From an uncultured cyanobacterium (GTDB taxonomy: Bacteria; Cyanobacteriota; Cyanobacteriia; PCC-6307; Cyanobiaceae), in the NCBI GenBank assembly GCA_963765575.1, contig CAVXWZ010000008.1, positions 256,001 through 320,000 on the forward strand: 64,000 nucleotides of DNA, written 5' to 3'. Within the stretch, counting starts at the first letter, position 1. Each line of letters opens with the position of its first letter. Shown piece after piece: positions 1-11,670 of the stretch. Below the pieces are notes generated by a model. It ran no database searches and had not been told where the DNA came from. It saw only the letters and a list, made by a program, of their open reading frames with translations. The position numbers and the translations under genes were made by a program.

Positions 1-2
1 TC

Positions 3-386
3 ACCCTCACCCTGCCGGGCATTGCCGGTTTCATTCTCTCGCTGGGCATGGCGGTGGACGCCAACGTGCTCATCTTCGAGCGCATCAAGGATGAGCTGCG
101 GGAGGGCAACACCCTGATCCGCTCCATCGACGCCGGCTTCTCCCAGGCCATCTCCTCGATCGTCGATGGCCAGGTCACCACGCTGATCAGTTGTCTGGCC
201 CTGTTCAGCCTCGGCACCGGCTTCGTCAAGGGCTTCGCCGTCACCCTGGGCATCGGCGTGCTGCTGAGCCTGTTCAGCGCCCTGGTCTGCACCCGGGTGC
301 TGCTGCGGCTGCTGATGAGCTACCCCAGCCTGCGCCGCCCCGCCAACTTCATCTCCCGGGCCCAGCTGCCCGCAGCCGTGTCCTGA
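3..386 (+). CDS. secD: Protein translocase subunit SecD (3' part, truncated by window start)
   Basis: Frame open from base 3: [32 protein letters not shown], a SecD signature; directly followed by secF. Confidence 0.97.
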   Translation, partial: TLTLPGIAGFILSLGMAVDANVLIFERIKDELREGNTLIRSIDAGFSQAISSIVDGQVTTLISCLALFSLGTGFVKGFAVTLGIGVLLSLFSALVCTRVLLRLLMSYPSLRRPANFISRAQLPAAVS

Positions 387-389
387 GCC

Positions 390-1349
390 ATGTCTCCCCT
401 CGCCGCCCTTCTGCGTCTGCGCGTCAACCAGCGGCGCCGCCAGCTCTGGACCCTCTCCGTTGTGGCCATCGCCCTCAGCCTGCTGGGCCTGGCCCTGTCC
501 TGGCTGTCACCGGTGATCGGCTCCCCCCTGCGGGCCGGGCTGGATTTCACCGGCGGCACCCAGATCCGCATCGAGCGCCGCTGTCAGCAGAGCTGCGAGC
601 CGCTCACGGCATCGGCCCTGCAGCGGCGTCTGGCCGAGCTGGAGCTGCCCAGCGAAGCGGGCGAGCCAGCGCCACGGCTGGGCAGTTCCAGTGTGCAACT
701 TCTCGATGGGGGCCGCCAGGTGGTGCTGCGCCTGCCCACCCTCGCCGCCGCTCAGTCGCAGGCGGTGGTGGAGGCCCTAGCCCCTGATCTGGGTGACACC
801 GACACCGGTGGTCTGGGCATCGACACCATCGGCCCCACCCTTGGCGCCCAGTTGCTGCGCGCCAGCCTGGTGTCGCTGCTGGTGAGCTTCATCGGCATCT
901 CGGCTTACATCACCCTCCGCTACGACCGCCTCTACGCGGTTCTTGCCCTGCTCTGCCTGGGCCACGACGTGCTCATCACCTGTGGGGTGTTCGCCTGGCT
1001 GGGCCTGCTGGCCGGGGTGGAGGTGAACAGCCTCTTCGCCGTGGCCCTGCTCACCCTGGCGGGCTATTCGGTCAATGACACCGTGGTGGTGTTCGACCGC
1101 ATTCGCGAAAAGCGCAACCAGCTGCAGGGGGCGTCCCTCGCCGAGCAGGCCGATGCCGCCGTTGCCGCCACCCTCACCCGCTCGATCTTCACCAGCTTCA
1201 CCACCCTGCTGCCCCTGCTGGGGCTGATCCTGTTCGGGGGCAGCACCCTGTTCTGGTTTGCCGTCGCCCTGAGCATCGGCGTGGTGGTGGGCGCCTGGTC
1301 GAGCATTGCCGTGGCCCCCACGTTGCTGCCTGTGCTGGCGCGCCGGTGA
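390..1349 (+). CDS. secF: Protein translocase subunit SecF
   Basis: GLDFTGGT and GYSVNDTVVVFDRIRE motifs; multiple TM segments. Confidence 0.97.
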   Translation: MSPLAALLRLRVNQRRRQLWTLSVVAIALSLLGLALSWLSPVIGSPLRAGLDFTGGTQIRIERRCQQSCEPLTASALQRRLAELELPSEAGEPAPRLGSSSVQLLDGGRQVVLRLPTLAAAQSQAVVEALAPDLGDTDTGGLGIDTIGPTLGAQLLRASLVSLLVSFIGISAYITLRYDRLYAVLALLCLGHDVLITCGVFAWLGLLAGVEVNSLFAVALLTLAGYSVNDTVVVFDRIREKRNQLQGASLAEQADAAVAATLTRSIFTSFTTLLPLLGLILFGGSTLFWFAVALSIGVVVGAWSSIAVAPTLLPVLARR

Positions 1350-1558
1350 GCGAGCAGGAGCCCCGCTCTCAGCGCCGGCGCCGTTGGCCCCTGGTGCCGC
1401 TGCTGCTGGCGCTGCTGGCGCTGCTGGATCTGCGCCTCGAACTGCGGCTGCTGGCGGATCACGTCACGCTCACGGCCCTGGTGTTTCTGGTGCGCTCCCA
1501 TCCGCTGGCGGTGGCCGTGCTGCTGCTGCAACCGAGTTTCTGGGCCCACTACCGCTGA
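1346..1558 (+). CDS. Small hypothetical membrane protein (70 aa)
   Basis: GTG start overlaps secF stop (GTGA); hydrophobic; coding-like codon usage. Confidence 0.65.
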   Translation: MSEQEPRSQRRRRWPLVPLLLALLALLDLRLELRLLADHVTLTALVFLVRSHPLAVAVLLLQPSFWAHYR

Positions 1559-1577
1559 GGCCCGCTGGGTTCGGTGC

Positions 1578-2642
1578 TCAGGCGGCCCCGCGCATCCGCT
1601 TCCAGTCGTCGAGGATGTCGTGGATCACGACCTCCCGCACCAGCACCTGCAGGCACACCGCCAGGGGCAGGGCCATCAGCAGGCCGAGGGGGCCGAAGAT
1701 GAGCGTGAAAATCAACTGGGCGGCAAGGGTGAGGCCCGGCAACAATTGCAACTGGTGCTGCATCACCGATGGCGTGATCAGGTAGCTCTCCACGTTCTGG
1801 ATCAGCACATAGAGCACCAGCACTGCCAGCGACTTCCAGGGCGAATCGAGCAGGGCCACTGACATGGGAAACACCGTGCTCAGGGTCGGACCCACGTTGG
1901 GGATCACGTTGAGCATGCCGGCCAGCAGGGCATTGGCGGCCACCAGATTCACCCCCAGCAGCGACAGTCCGATCGCCGCCAGGATGCCCACGCAGAGCGA
2001 ACTGATCAGCACGCCCACCATCCAGCCGCTGAGGGCCTCACCGCACTGCACGAGCACGCTGCGAAAGCGCCGGCGATAGAAGGAGGGCACCAGCAGCACC
2101 AGCACCTCCCGGTAGGCGGTGGGCTGCACAGCCACCATCAGGGCGACGGCCAGCACGAACACGAGCTGGAGCATGCCGGCGCCAACCCCCCCGGCCAGGC
2201 CGACGAGCTGCATCGCCCCCTGACCCAGGTCCGGAATCGGCAGCTGACCATCCCGAAACAGCCCCTCCCGCAACTGCTCCAGGCCACCGTCCTGGCTGCC
2301 GTAGAACATGCGGCTGGCGCTGACCATCGCATCCCGCACCAGGTTCAGCAGGGTGCTGGCTGCCGCCGGCAGTTTGGCGATCAGTTCCGCGAACTGCTCG
2401 ACGAAGGGGGGAATCACGGCCGTGCCCACCACCATGCCGAGCAGCAGCAGCAGGGCGAGGCTGAGCAGCAGCGCCACCCCGCGAGCGCAGCCCAGCCGCC
2501 GCTGCATCCAGGCCACCAGGGTGCAGACCGCCATGGCGATCACCACGGCAGTGAACACCAGAATCAGGCTCTGGCGCAGGCTCCAGAGCAGCAGCAGGGA
2601 GGCCACCAGAGCCAGCAGCCCGAGCCACTGGCCAAAGGTCAT
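1578..2642 (-). CDS. AI-2E family transporter (PerM-like)
   Basis: ATG at 2642 (MTFGQWLG); LNVIPNVGP and IQNVESYLITP motifs; polytopic. Confidence 0.9.
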   Translation of the reverse strand: MTFGQWLGLLALVASLLLLWSLRQSLILVFTAVVIAMAVCTLVAWMQRRLGCARGVALLLSLALLLLLGMVVGTAVIPPFVEQFAELIAKLPAAASTLLNLVRDAMVSASRMFYGSQDGGLEQLREGLFRDGQLPIPDLGQGAMQLVGLAGGVGAGMLQLVFVLAVALMVAVQPTAYREVLVLLVPSFYRRRFRSVLVQCGEALSGWMVGVLISSLCVGILAAIGLSLLGVNLVAANALLAGMLNVIPNVGPTLSTVFPMSVALLDSPWKSLAVLVLYVLIQNVESYLITPSVMQHQLQLLPGLTLAAQLIFTLIFGPLGLLMALPLAVCLQVLVREVVIHDILDDWKRMRGAA

Positions 2643-2667
2643 CGGCCCCGGCGGCGGTCCCAGGGGC

Positions 2668-3051
2668 CTAGTCACCCTGCTCTTCGCCCTCACCGTCTGA
2701 TTCCTTGCCCGAGTCCTGACCCGAGAAGCCAAGCTCGTGGCTGTCGGCGTAGCGCTGGGCGAAACGCATGAAGCGCTCGAAGTCGGCCACGGTCTTCCAG
2801 GTGTAGGTGGCCTCCAGGGCGCTGGGCCGGCCGTTCACAAACCGCGCGTTCACCTCCCTGGTGACGAGCTCTCCTTCCTCGTCGAGCATGAACATGCCGG
2901 TGATGTCGCCAAAGGTTTCGGGAGCCAGGGCGTTGGGCTCCTCAAACACGAACATGGCCTGGCCGGTGAGACCATCCCGAGACCGGGTCAGCCGGATGTC
3001 AGGTACGACCGGTTCGTCCACGCCCCGGAAGAACTGAATGGCTGCGGCCAT
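2668..3051 (-). CDS. psb28: Photosystem II assembly factor Psb28
   Basis: [24 protein letters not shown]...[12 protein letters not shown]. Confidence 0.96.
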   Translation of the reverse strand: MAAAIQFFRGVDEPVVPDIRLTRSRDGLTGQAMFVFEEPNALAPETFGDITGMFMLDEEGELVTREVNARFVNGRPSALEATYTWKTVADFERFMRFAQRYADSHELGFSGQDSGKESDGEGEEQGD

Positions 3052-3163
3052 ACCTCACCAGCAAAATGGGATCTTAAGCGCCGGTCCTGGGGGCCTCCCC
3101 CGCCCTCGCCATGCCCGTGGCTGACATAGTGGGACCGCGCTGGCCCGATCAGGTTCGGTCTCC

Positions 3164-3886
3164 ATGCTTCCCGGCCCCCAGGTCACCGCCCCAGCCACGC
3201 CCGCAGAACTGCTGGAACGCTTCCAGACGGCCTCAGAGCGGCAGCGGCGCAGCCTGCTGCCCCAGCTGGAGCGGCAGGCGGACTGCATCCGTCCCCTGAT
3301 CCTCGACCACATCGCCGGCCTCGACGCCACCGGCGATGACTGGGCGGCCGGCTTCCTGATCCAGATGCTGGTGCAGGCCGACCCCGCCCAGCGCGAGGCG
3401 TTCTTCAGCCGTTACCCGAGTGGCTGGCTGGCCACCACCAGTGCCCAGGGCCTTGACCATGCCCCCCTGCAGCGGGCCCTGGCGCTGCAGGAGTTCGAGC
3501 AGGCCGACCGCATCACCAGCACGGTGCTGCGCCAGCTGGCCGGTCCCGCGGCGGTGCAGCGGGGCTACGTGTATTACAGCGAAGTGCCGGCCATGGCCTC
3601 GGCCGACCTCGACGCCCTCGACCGCCTCTGGCTCTGCTATTCCCGCGGTCGCTTCGGCTTCAGCGTGCAGGCCCGGCTGCTGGCCGCCGCCGGCGATCGC
3701 TGGGAGCGCCTCTGGCCCCGACTGGGCTGGAAGGAGGGCTCCCGCTGGACCCGCTATCCCGGCGGCTTCCAGTGGACGATTGAGGCGCCGGAAGGCCACA
3801 TGCCCCTGGTCAACCAGCTGCGCGGCGTGCGCCTGATGGATGCCCTGCTGCAGCATCCGGCCCTGCTCCAGCGCCGCCAGCGTTGA
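3164..3886 (+). CDS. gun4: GUN4 domain protein (Mg-chelatase cofactor, Ycf53)
   Basis: LDRLWLCYSRGRFGFSVQ, WTRYPGGFQW, APEGHMPLVNQLRG. Confidence 0.92.
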   Translation: MLPGPQVTAPATPAELLERFQTASERQRRSLLPQLERQADCIRPLILDHIAGLDATGDDWAAGFLIQMLVQADPAQREAFFSRYPSGWLATTSAQGLDHAPLQRALALQEFEQADRITSTVLRQLAGPAAVQRGYVYYSEVPAMASADLDALDRLWLCYSRGRFGFSVQARLLAAAGDRWERLWPRLGWKEGSRWTRYPGGFQWTIEAPEGHMPLVNQLRGVRLMDALLQHPALLQRRQR

Positions 3887-3959
3887 GCGGCATCGCCGGG
3901 GACTGGGCTGCTTGCCTGCTGCGCCTTAGGGTTCGATTGGCACCTGCAGAGCCGCCTGG

Positions 3960-4397
3960 ATGACCCTGCGCTGGTCAGACTTCATCACACCGTCCACCCT
4001 CCAGCTGGCCCCCTTGGTGGAACTGCTGCTGGAGCGCGTGCCCTGCAGGCAGCTGCAGGCGGAGCTGCACCTGGGCCTGCAGGAGGCGCTGGTGAATGCG
4101 GTGCGCCACGGCAACGGCAGCGACCCGGCCAAGCTGCTGCGCATCCGTCGCATCGAAACCCCCTGCTGGATGGTGTGGCAGGTGCAGGACGAGGGCGACG
4201 GGGTGCCACCCCAGTCCCGTCAGCCCTGCTTGCCCGCCTGCCCTCAAGCGGAGGGCGGCAGGGGGCTGTTTCTGATCCAGCACTGCTTTGATGACGTGCG
4301 CTGGAGCCGGCGGGGCAACCGCCTGCAACTGGCTGTGCGGCGACCCCGGCGTGGGGCCGGCCTCAGCGGCCGTGGCTGGGGCAGCCGGGGTCGCTGA
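3960..4397 (+). CDS. RsbW/PmgA-like anti-sigma factor-type ATP-binding protein (HATPase_c)
   Basis: LGLQEALVNAVRHGN (N box), VQDEGDG (G1), GGRGLFLI (G2). Confidence 0.85.
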   Translation: MTLRWSDFITPSTLQLAPLVELLLERVPCRQLQAELHLGLQEALVNAVRHGNGSDPAKLLRIRRIETPCWMVWQVQDEGDGVPPQSRQPCLPACPQAEGGRGLFLIQHCFDDVRWSRRGNRLQLAVRRPRRGAGLSGRGWGSRGR

Positions 4398-4674
4398 CCT
4401 CCGCCCGCAACCACTGCAGGGCATGCTCCAGCAGGGCAATCGCCTGGTCGCGCCCAGGGGAAGACGGGCGGCTGCGGGGATCGTCGGCCTGGAGCAGCTG
4501 CACCAGGGCGGCGGCCACCTGCTCGGCACCCCGGCGCGACCTCTGGCCCTTGAGCGCATGCCAGTCGCGATCGTCGATCACCAACTGGCGATGCAGGGCC
4601 TCGGCCAGCGGCGCGGCCTGCTCCGGCCATCCCCTGGCCCCAGTTGGTTTCTGCTCTTGCACCGGGAGTTGCAC
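4363..4674 (-). CDS. Conserved cyanobacterial hypothetical protein (DUF6439-like)
   Basis: LHRQLVIDDRDWHALK...AEQVAAAL...DPGCPSHG C-terminus. Confidence 0.75.
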   Translation of the reverse strand: MQLPVQEQKPTGARGWPEQAAPLAEALHRQLVIDDRDWHALKGQRSRRGAEQVAAALVQLLQADDPRSRPSSPGRDQAIALLEHALQWLRAEVSDPGCPSHGR

Positions 4675-4793
4675 TGGACGCCGTCACTGCCTGGGCACCA
4701 TCCTGGCGTGGGTGGGTGGTGCCCGGGCGCTTGCGGGCCCGTGCTCCCCCCACCCGGCCCCGGCCATCCCCACAGCAGCCTCCCTTCCGCCCT

Positions 4794-5087
4794 GTGCCGA
4801 TCCGTTCCGACTCCACTGCGCTGCGCTTGCGCCGGGCCCGGCGCAAGCGGCTGCGGCCGGTGCGGCTGCTGCATCGCCTCGATGGCCTGCTCACCCAGGC
4901 CGCCCTGGCCCGCCGCAGCAGCGGTGTCGCCCAGCGGCGACAGCTGCAGCGGCTGGCCCTCACCCAACGCCTCCTCGACCCGCTGCCCCCGGAACTGTCG
5001 CAGCCAGGGCGTGGCGCCAACCACTTCTGGCAGGGACTGCGTTGGAGCACGCTCGGGCTGCTGCTGGCCTGGTGGCTGCGGCCTTAG
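4794..5087 (+). CDS. Hypothetical protein, basic with C-terminal hydrophobic segment
   Basis: GTG 4794; C-terminal FWQGLRWSTLGLLLAWWL; fills the gap between neighbours. Confidence 0.55.
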   Translation: MPIRSDSTALRLRRARRKRLRPVRLLHRLDGLLTQAALARRSSGVAQRRQLQRLALTQRLLDPLPPELSQPGRGANHFWQGLRWSTLGLLLAWWLRP

Positions 5088-6160
5088 GCCGCCTCTGCGC
5101 CAGCCATGGGCCGGCGCGCCGACCAGACCCGGGCCATGAAGTGGGTTTCAGCCTGCACCTGGGTGAAGCCGACGCTCTCCAGCCGGCCCTTGATGTCGTC
5201 GCCGATGTAATCGCGGTAGTAGGGCTCATGGAACACCCGCCGGAAGTTCTCCATCACCGCCGCGTAGTGCGGTGAATCGTCTAGCTGGATGGAATCGATC
5301 AGCACCAGCACCCCGCCCGGCTCCAGCAGCCGGAAACACTCCGCGATCACGTGCTGGCGGGCCTGGGCGGGCAACTCGTGCATCAGAAACACGCAGCTGA
5401 TCGCCTGCACGCTGTTGTCGGCGAAGGGCATGGCCTCGGCATTGCCCTGCACCAGCTGGGGCAATTCACCGGGGAGCTGAGCCAGCCAGCGGTTGGCCTG
5501 GCGCAGGTAGGCGGTGGAGAGATCCAGCCCCAGCAGCTGGGCCTGGGGCAGGGCGGCGCGCAACTGGCGCAAGGTCCGCCCCGTACCGGCGGCCACATCC
5601 AGCACACGAATCTGGCTGCGGGGGCGGCTGCTGAAGACCTCCAGGCCCCGCCGCAGGGGTGCGATCACCCGCCGGCGCATGGCATCGCCATTGCCGTTGA
5701 ACAACAGCTCCACCTGCAGGTCGTAGAGCGACGCCGAGTGCTCGCTCAGGTAGCCGTCGGTCTGGTGGTGAAAATTCTGCAGGTAGTAGTCGGGGTAGGC
5801 CGAAGGGTCCACCTCCCGGGGCAGGTCCCGCACCCGTCGTTGCTGGCGCCGCTGCCAGATCTGCGGTAGATCCAGGCACACCAGCGGGTAACGGCCGGCC
5901 CAGTCGAGCCAGGGGGCATCGAACAGCAGGGAGGTCGGGTAGAGACCCTCCTCGGCTTCCTGCCAGTCGCGCTCGTGCAACTGGTCCATCGCCTCGCCCA
6001 GGCGGGCCATCAGCTCGGCCGGCACCGGCACCGTGCGCGGAGCGCCGTCGGGCGCCAGGGCACCCAGCAGCCGGGTGCTCACCTCCTTGTGGGTGACGCC
6101 GAACAGCGCCTTGCCCTGCTGCAGGGTTCGGTAGGCCAGCTTGGTGAGCTGATCAGGCAT
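5084..6160 (-). CDS. Class I SAM-dependent methyltransferase
   Basis: ATG 6160; YYLQNFHHQTDGYLS and VLDVAAGTG motif I. Confidence 0.9.
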   Translation of the reverse strand: MPDQLTKLAYRTLQQGKALFGVTHKEVSTRLLGALAPDGAPRTVPVPAELMARLGEAMDQLHERDWQEAEEGLYPTSLLFDAPWLDWAGRYPLVCLDLPQIWQRRQQRRVRDLPREVDPSAYPDYYLQNFHHQTDGYLSEHSASLYDLQVELLFNGNGDAMRRRVIAPLRRGLEVFSSRPRSQIRVLDVAAGTGRTLRQLRAALPQAQLLGLDLSTAYLRQANRWLAQLPGELPQLVQGNAEAMPFADNSVQAISCVFLMHELPAQARQHVIAECFRLLEPGGVLVLIDSIQLDDSPHYAAVMENFRRVFHEPYYRDYIGDDIKGRLESVGFTQVQAETHFMARVWSARRPMAGAEAA

Positions 6161-6248
6161 GACGTGGCCTTGACAGGGCGTTGACGTCGGCCCATTCCAG
6201 CCGATCACAGGGGCCGCCGCGAGTGCCGTTCCCCGCAAACGCCGCCGT

Positions 6249-7667
<1,419 letters not shown>

Positions 7668-7712
7668 GGCGGAGAACGAAGTGGCGGACCGCAGCGGCGG
7701 CGGCGTGGAGGG

Positions 7713-7755
7713 ACGGTACGGACCGGTGAGGGGACAACCTTGTAGCGCTCGCTAC
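7713..7755 (-). promoter_or_regulatory. NtcA-activated promoter of glnA
   Basis: GTA-GCGCTCGC-TAC at 7742-7755, then 23 nt to a TACCGT (TAN3T) -10 at 7718-7713 on the minus strand. Confidence 0.9.
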
Positions 7756-7890
7756 CGAAAAACCAGTGGCGGGTGCAGGCGCCGTTGCGTAACCGTTTCT
7801 GTCAGATCCGCCAGAAGCCCGTTCAGATCAGGGTTCTGGGCGGTTGTGAGTGCTACGTTCCGGCCTGGGACCATGCGATCCACACCAGCC

Positions 7891-8421
7891 ATGCGGGATG
7901 CCATCACCGGCCTGATCGGGCGCTACGACCAGCTGGGGCGCTACCTCGACCGCGAGGCCGTCGACCGCATCAACACCTACCTCTCCCAGTCGTCCCTGCG
8001 CCTGGCGGCGGTGGAGCTGATCAACCGGGAGGCGGCCACGATCGTGCGCGAGGCCGCCCAGCGGCTGTGGCTGGAGGATCCGGAGCTGATCCTGCCGGGC
8101 GGCAATGCCTACACCACCCGCCGGCTGTCGGCCTGCCTGCGGGACATGGACTATTTCCTGCGCTACGCCAGCTACGCCCTGATCGCCGCCGACCCCACCA
8201 TCCTCAATGAGCGGGTGCTGAACGGTCTCGACGACACCTACAAGAGTCTCGGTGTTCCCACCGGCCCCACCGTGCGCAGCATCGCCCTGATGGCCGATGT
8301 GCTCTGCGAGCTGCTTGCCGAGGGCGGCCTCGGCGCCGAGGCCGATCTGGCCGCAGTCGTGCGCATGCCGTTCGATCACCTCTGCCGGGGTCTGGCCTCC
8401 TCCAACGTGCGCGCCCGCTGA
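7891..8421 (+). CDS. apcF: Allophycocyanin beta-18 subunit
   Basis: MRDAITGLIGRYDQLGRYLD, PGGNAYTTRRLSACLRDMDYFLRYASYA; divergent from glnA. Confidence 0.93.
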   Translation: MRDAITGLIGRYDQLGRYLDREAVDRINTYLSQSSLRLAAVELINREAATIVREAAQRLWLEDPELILPGGNAYTTRRLSACLRDMDYFLRYASYALIAADPTILNERVLNGLDDTYKSLGVPTGPTVRSIALMADVLCELLAEGGLGAEADLAAVVRMPFDHLCRGLASSNVRAR

Positions 8422-8498
8422 TCCCCGGCACCGATCCGCTGCGGCTGGCTGAGATCAGCTGCGTAGGCTCCTTTTATCCGCCCCACCACTCCGGCCCC

Positions 8499-9686
8499 TT
8501 GTCCGCGCTGCCTCCCGTCAACACCGCCCATCGGCTACAGCTCGATCCGATCGCCACCCCGGATCGGCTGCTGCTCGGCCCCGGACCCTCCAACGCCCAC
8601 CCCCTGGTGTTGCAAGCCCTGGCCCGCACGCCAATCGGTCACCTCGATCCGCTCTATGTGGAGTTGATGGGAGAGGTGCAGGAGCTGCTGCGCTACGCCT
8701 GGCAGACCGACAACCGCCTCACCCTGCCGATGAGCGGCACCGGCAGCGCCGCCATGGAGGCCACCCTGGCCAACACCATCGAGCCGGGCGACAAGGTGCT
8801 GGTGGCGGTGAAGGGCTACTTCGGACTGCGGCTGGCCGACATGGCTGGCCGCTACCGGGCCGAGGTGGTCACGATCGAGCGCCCCTGGGGTGAGGCCTTC
8901 GACCTCAAAGAGCTTGAAGCCGCCCTGGAGCTGCACCGGCCCGCGATCCTGGCGATCGTCCACGCCGAGACCTCCACCGGCATCCGCCAGCCCATGGAGG
9001 GGCTGGGCGAACTCTGCCGGCGCCACGACTGTCTGCTGCTGCTCGACACCGTCACGTCCCTGGGGGCCGTGCCCCTCTACCTCGACGACTGGCAGGTGGA
9101 TCTGGCCTACAGCTGCAGCCAGAAGGGCCTCAGCTGCCCCCCCGGCCTGGGTCCCTTCACCATGGGTCCGCGGGCCGAGGCCAAGATGGCCGCCCGCAGC
9201 GGCAAGGTGCCCAACTGGTACCTCGATGTCTCCCTGCTCAACCGCTACTGGGGCAGCGATCGGGTGTATCACCACACCGCCCCGGTGAACATGAACTTCG
9301 GCATGCGTGAGGCCCTGCGCCTGCTCGCCGACGAGGGCCTGGAGCAGGCCTGGGACCGCCATCAGCGCAATGCCGAGAGGCTCTGGGATGGGTTGGAGTC
9401 CCTGGGGATGGAGCTGCACGCCCCGCGGGAGCTGCGCCTGCCGACGCTGACCACCGTGCGCATTCCCGAGGGCGTCGATGGCAAGGCCTTCAGCCTGCAC
9501 CTGCTCAACCGCCACGGCATCGAGATCGGTGGTGGCCTCGGGGCCCTGGCCGGCAAGGTGTGGCGCATCGGCCTGATGGGCTACAACAGCCGCCCCGAGA
9601 ACGTCGACCGGCTGCTCAACCTGTTGGAGAGCGAGCTGCCGGCGTTCCGCTCCGGTGCCTCCCGTTCCGCCGCCGTGGCGGTCTGA
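8499..9686 (+). CDS. Alanine--glyoxylate / serine--pyruvate aminotransferase (class V PLP)
   Basis: LLLGPGPS, VHAETSTG, SCSQKGLSCPPG, YHHTAP. Confidence 0.93.
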   Translation: MSALPPVNTAHRLQLDPIATPDRLLLGPGPSNAHPLVLQALARTPIGHLDPLYVELMGEVQELLRYAWQTDNRLTLPMSGTGSAAMEATLANTIEPGDKVLVAVKGYFGLRLADMAGRYRAEVVTIERPWGEAFDLKELEAALELHRPAILAIVHAETSTGIRQPMEGLGELCRRHDCLLLLDTVTSLGAVPLYLDDWQVDLAYSCSQKGLSCPPGLGPFTMGPRAEAKMAARSGKVPNWYLDVSLLNRYWGSDRVYHHTAPVNMNFGMREALRLLADEGLEQAWDRHQRNAERLWDGLESLGMELHAPRELRLPTLTTVRIPEGVDGKAFSLHLLNRHGIEIGGGLGALAGKVWRIGLMGYNSRPENVDRLLNLLESELPAFRSGASRSAAVAV

Positions 9687-9709
9687 GGCCGCTGCCGCTG
9701 CAGTTCCCT

Positions 9710-10210
9710 TCAGCCGCGCCGGCGGCTTCGGAACCAGCTCTCCAGCAGCCGGCTCGCCGCGGCCGCCCCCACCCCGCCGATCACCCGCATGTGGTGATGG
9801 GCACTGGGGTCGCTGGCCAGGTTGAGGCAGCCGCCCAGGGCGCCCCGCTTGGGGTCGGGTGCCGCGAACACCAGCGTGCCCACCCGCGCCTGCACCGCGG
9901 CGCCGGCACACATCGGGCAGGGCTCCAGCGTCACCAGCAGGGTGCAGGCATTCAGGCGCCAGTCGCCCAGGGCCCGGGCCGCTTGGCTCAGCGCCTCCAG
10001 TTCCGCGTGGCCGAGGGGATCGGCGTGGCGATGGCGGCGGTTGCTGCCCCAGCCCAGACAGCGGCCCCGGCCATCGAGCACAGCTGCGGCCACGGGGATC
10101 TCACCGCTGGCTCCCACCCGGCCAGCCAGCCGCAGCAGGCGGGCCATCCAGAAGGCATGGCGCTGGGCCTCGTCTTCAAAGCCGGCCGTCGGCAACCCGG
10201 ATCTCACCAT
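9710..10210 (-). CDS. tadA: tRNA adenosine(34) deaminase TadA-like
   Basis: GEIPV, HAELEAL, TLEPCPMCAGA, DPKRGA; start uncertain. Confidence 0.88.
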   Translation of the reverse strand: MVRSGLPTAGFEDEAQRHAFWMARLLRLAGRVGASGEIPVAAAVLDGRGRCLGWGSNRRHRHADPLGHAELEALSQAARALGDWRLNACTLLVTLEPCPMCAGAAVQARVGTLVFAAPDPKRGALGGCLNLASDPSAHHHMRVIGGVGAAAASRLLESWFRSRRRG

Positions 10211-10230
10211 GGCGGCAGGCACGGGTGACA

Positions 10231-11670
10231 ATGGTTTCGTCTGATCATGCGTCGTTGGCCAGCGCCCCACCTGCCGAGCGGGGGATTCCACCGCTGCCCT
10301 TCGGCTCAGCCGATGGCCAGGACGGCGCCCTGCAGGAGCTGCTCGAGCAGGCCAGTGCCCAGCTCTGCACCTGGCTGGCCACGGCCGCCGATCGCCCGCC
10401 CCTGCCCGGCCTGAGCGTGATGCCGGCGGTGGAGCCGGCGCACCAGCCCCTGGGGGCGGCCCAGCTGTTGAGCGACCTGCAGTTGGTGATGGACGGGGCC
10501 TACAACCCCGGCCACCCCGGCGCCCTGGCCCACCTCGATCCTCCGCCCCTGGCGGCCTCGATCGTGGGTGATCTGATCGCCGCCGGGCTCAACAACAACC
10601 TGCTTGCCGAGGAGCTCTCCCCCAGCCTCACGCGGCTGGAACGCAGCCTGATGGCCTGGCTGGCGGAGCAACTGGGTTTGCCGCCAGGCAGTGGTGGGGT
10701 GCCGGCGAGCGGCGGCAGCCTGTCCAACCTCATGGCCCTGGTCACGGCCCGCCACAGCCGGGCGCTGGGCTGCTGCGGCGAGGCGGTGGTGCTGGCCAGT
10801 GCCGATGCCCACGTCTCCCTGGCCAAATCACTGACAGTGATGGGGCTGCCCTCGGAGGCCCTGCGCCAGCTGCCCGTGGACGCCGAGGGCGCCATGGATC
10901 CCGAGGATCTGGGTCGCCAGTTGCAGGACCTCGAGCGGCGGGGAATCCCCGTGATCGCCGTGGTGGCAACGGCCGGCACCACGGTCCGCGGCGCCGTGGA
11001 CCCGCTGCCGGCGATCGCCGCCCTCTGCCGACGCCACGGGGTGTGGCTGCATGTCGATGGCGCCATCGGCGCCGTGTTTGCCCTCAGCGCGGCCCACCGC
11101 TCGCGGGTGCCGGGCCTGGAGTGGGCCGACTCGATCACGGTGAACCCGCAGAAACTGCTCGGCATCACCAAGACCTCCTCCCTGTTGCTGCTGGCCCGGC
11201 CACGACTGCTGGAGCGGGCTTTCGGCACCGGCCTCCCCTACATGGAGCCGAGCTGGGGTGGCGGCCATGGTGGCGAGAGCGGCATCCAGGGCACCCGTCC
11301 GGCTGAAGTGCTGAAGCTCTGGCTGGGGCTGCGGCAGCTGGGAATGGTGGGGATTGAAGCGCTGCTCGACGGAGCCGTCGGTCGGCGTCGCCAGCTGCAG
11401 AGCCTGCTGGCCGCAAGCCCTGGCCTGCGGCTGGTGACGGGCCCCCTGCATCTGCTGGCCTTCACGCCCCGGCAGGGCGATGCCGCCAGCGCCGAAGCCT
11501 GGAGCCAGCGCACCCGCCAGCAGCTGTTGGCGGCCGATCTGATGCTCTCGCGGCCGCTCTACGGGGAGCGTCACCACCTCAAGGCGGTCCTGGGCAACCC
11601 CCACACCGGCCCTGCCGAGCTGGAGCGCCTTGCCGCGGTGGTGGCCGCCAGCCTGTCGGAGGTGCCATGA
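10231..11670 (+). CDS. Group II PLP-dependent decarboxylase
   Basis: AHVSLAKS, VATAGTTVRGAVDPL, WLHVDGAIG, DSITVNPQK. Confidence 0.9.
   Translation: MVSSDHASLASAPPAERGIPPLPFGSADGQDGALQELLEQASAQLCTWLATAADRPPLPGLSVMPAVEPAHQPLGAAQLLSDLQLVMDGAYNPGHPGALAHLDPPPLAASIVGDLIAAGLNNNLLAEELSPSLTRLERSLMAWLAEQLGLPPGSGGVPASGGSLSNLMALVTARHSRALGCCGEAVVLASADAHVSLAKSLTVMGLPSEALRQLPVDAEGAMDPEDLGRQLQDLERRGIPVIAVVATAGTTVRGAVDPLPAIAALCRRHGVWLHVDGAIGAVFALSAAHRSRVPGLEWADSITVNPQKLLGITKTSSLLLLARPRLLERAFGTGLPYMEPSWGGGHGGESGIQGTRPAEVLKLWLGLRQLGMVGIEALLDGAVGRRRQLQSLLAASPGLRLVTGPLHLLAFTPRQGDAASAEAWSQRTRQQLLAADLMLSRPLYGERHHLKAVLGNPHTGPAELERLAAVVAASLSEVP

Noticed and set aside
7808..7843. Hairpin upstream of apcF as an ncRNA
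   Set aside because: Short imperfect GC-rich stem with no other support
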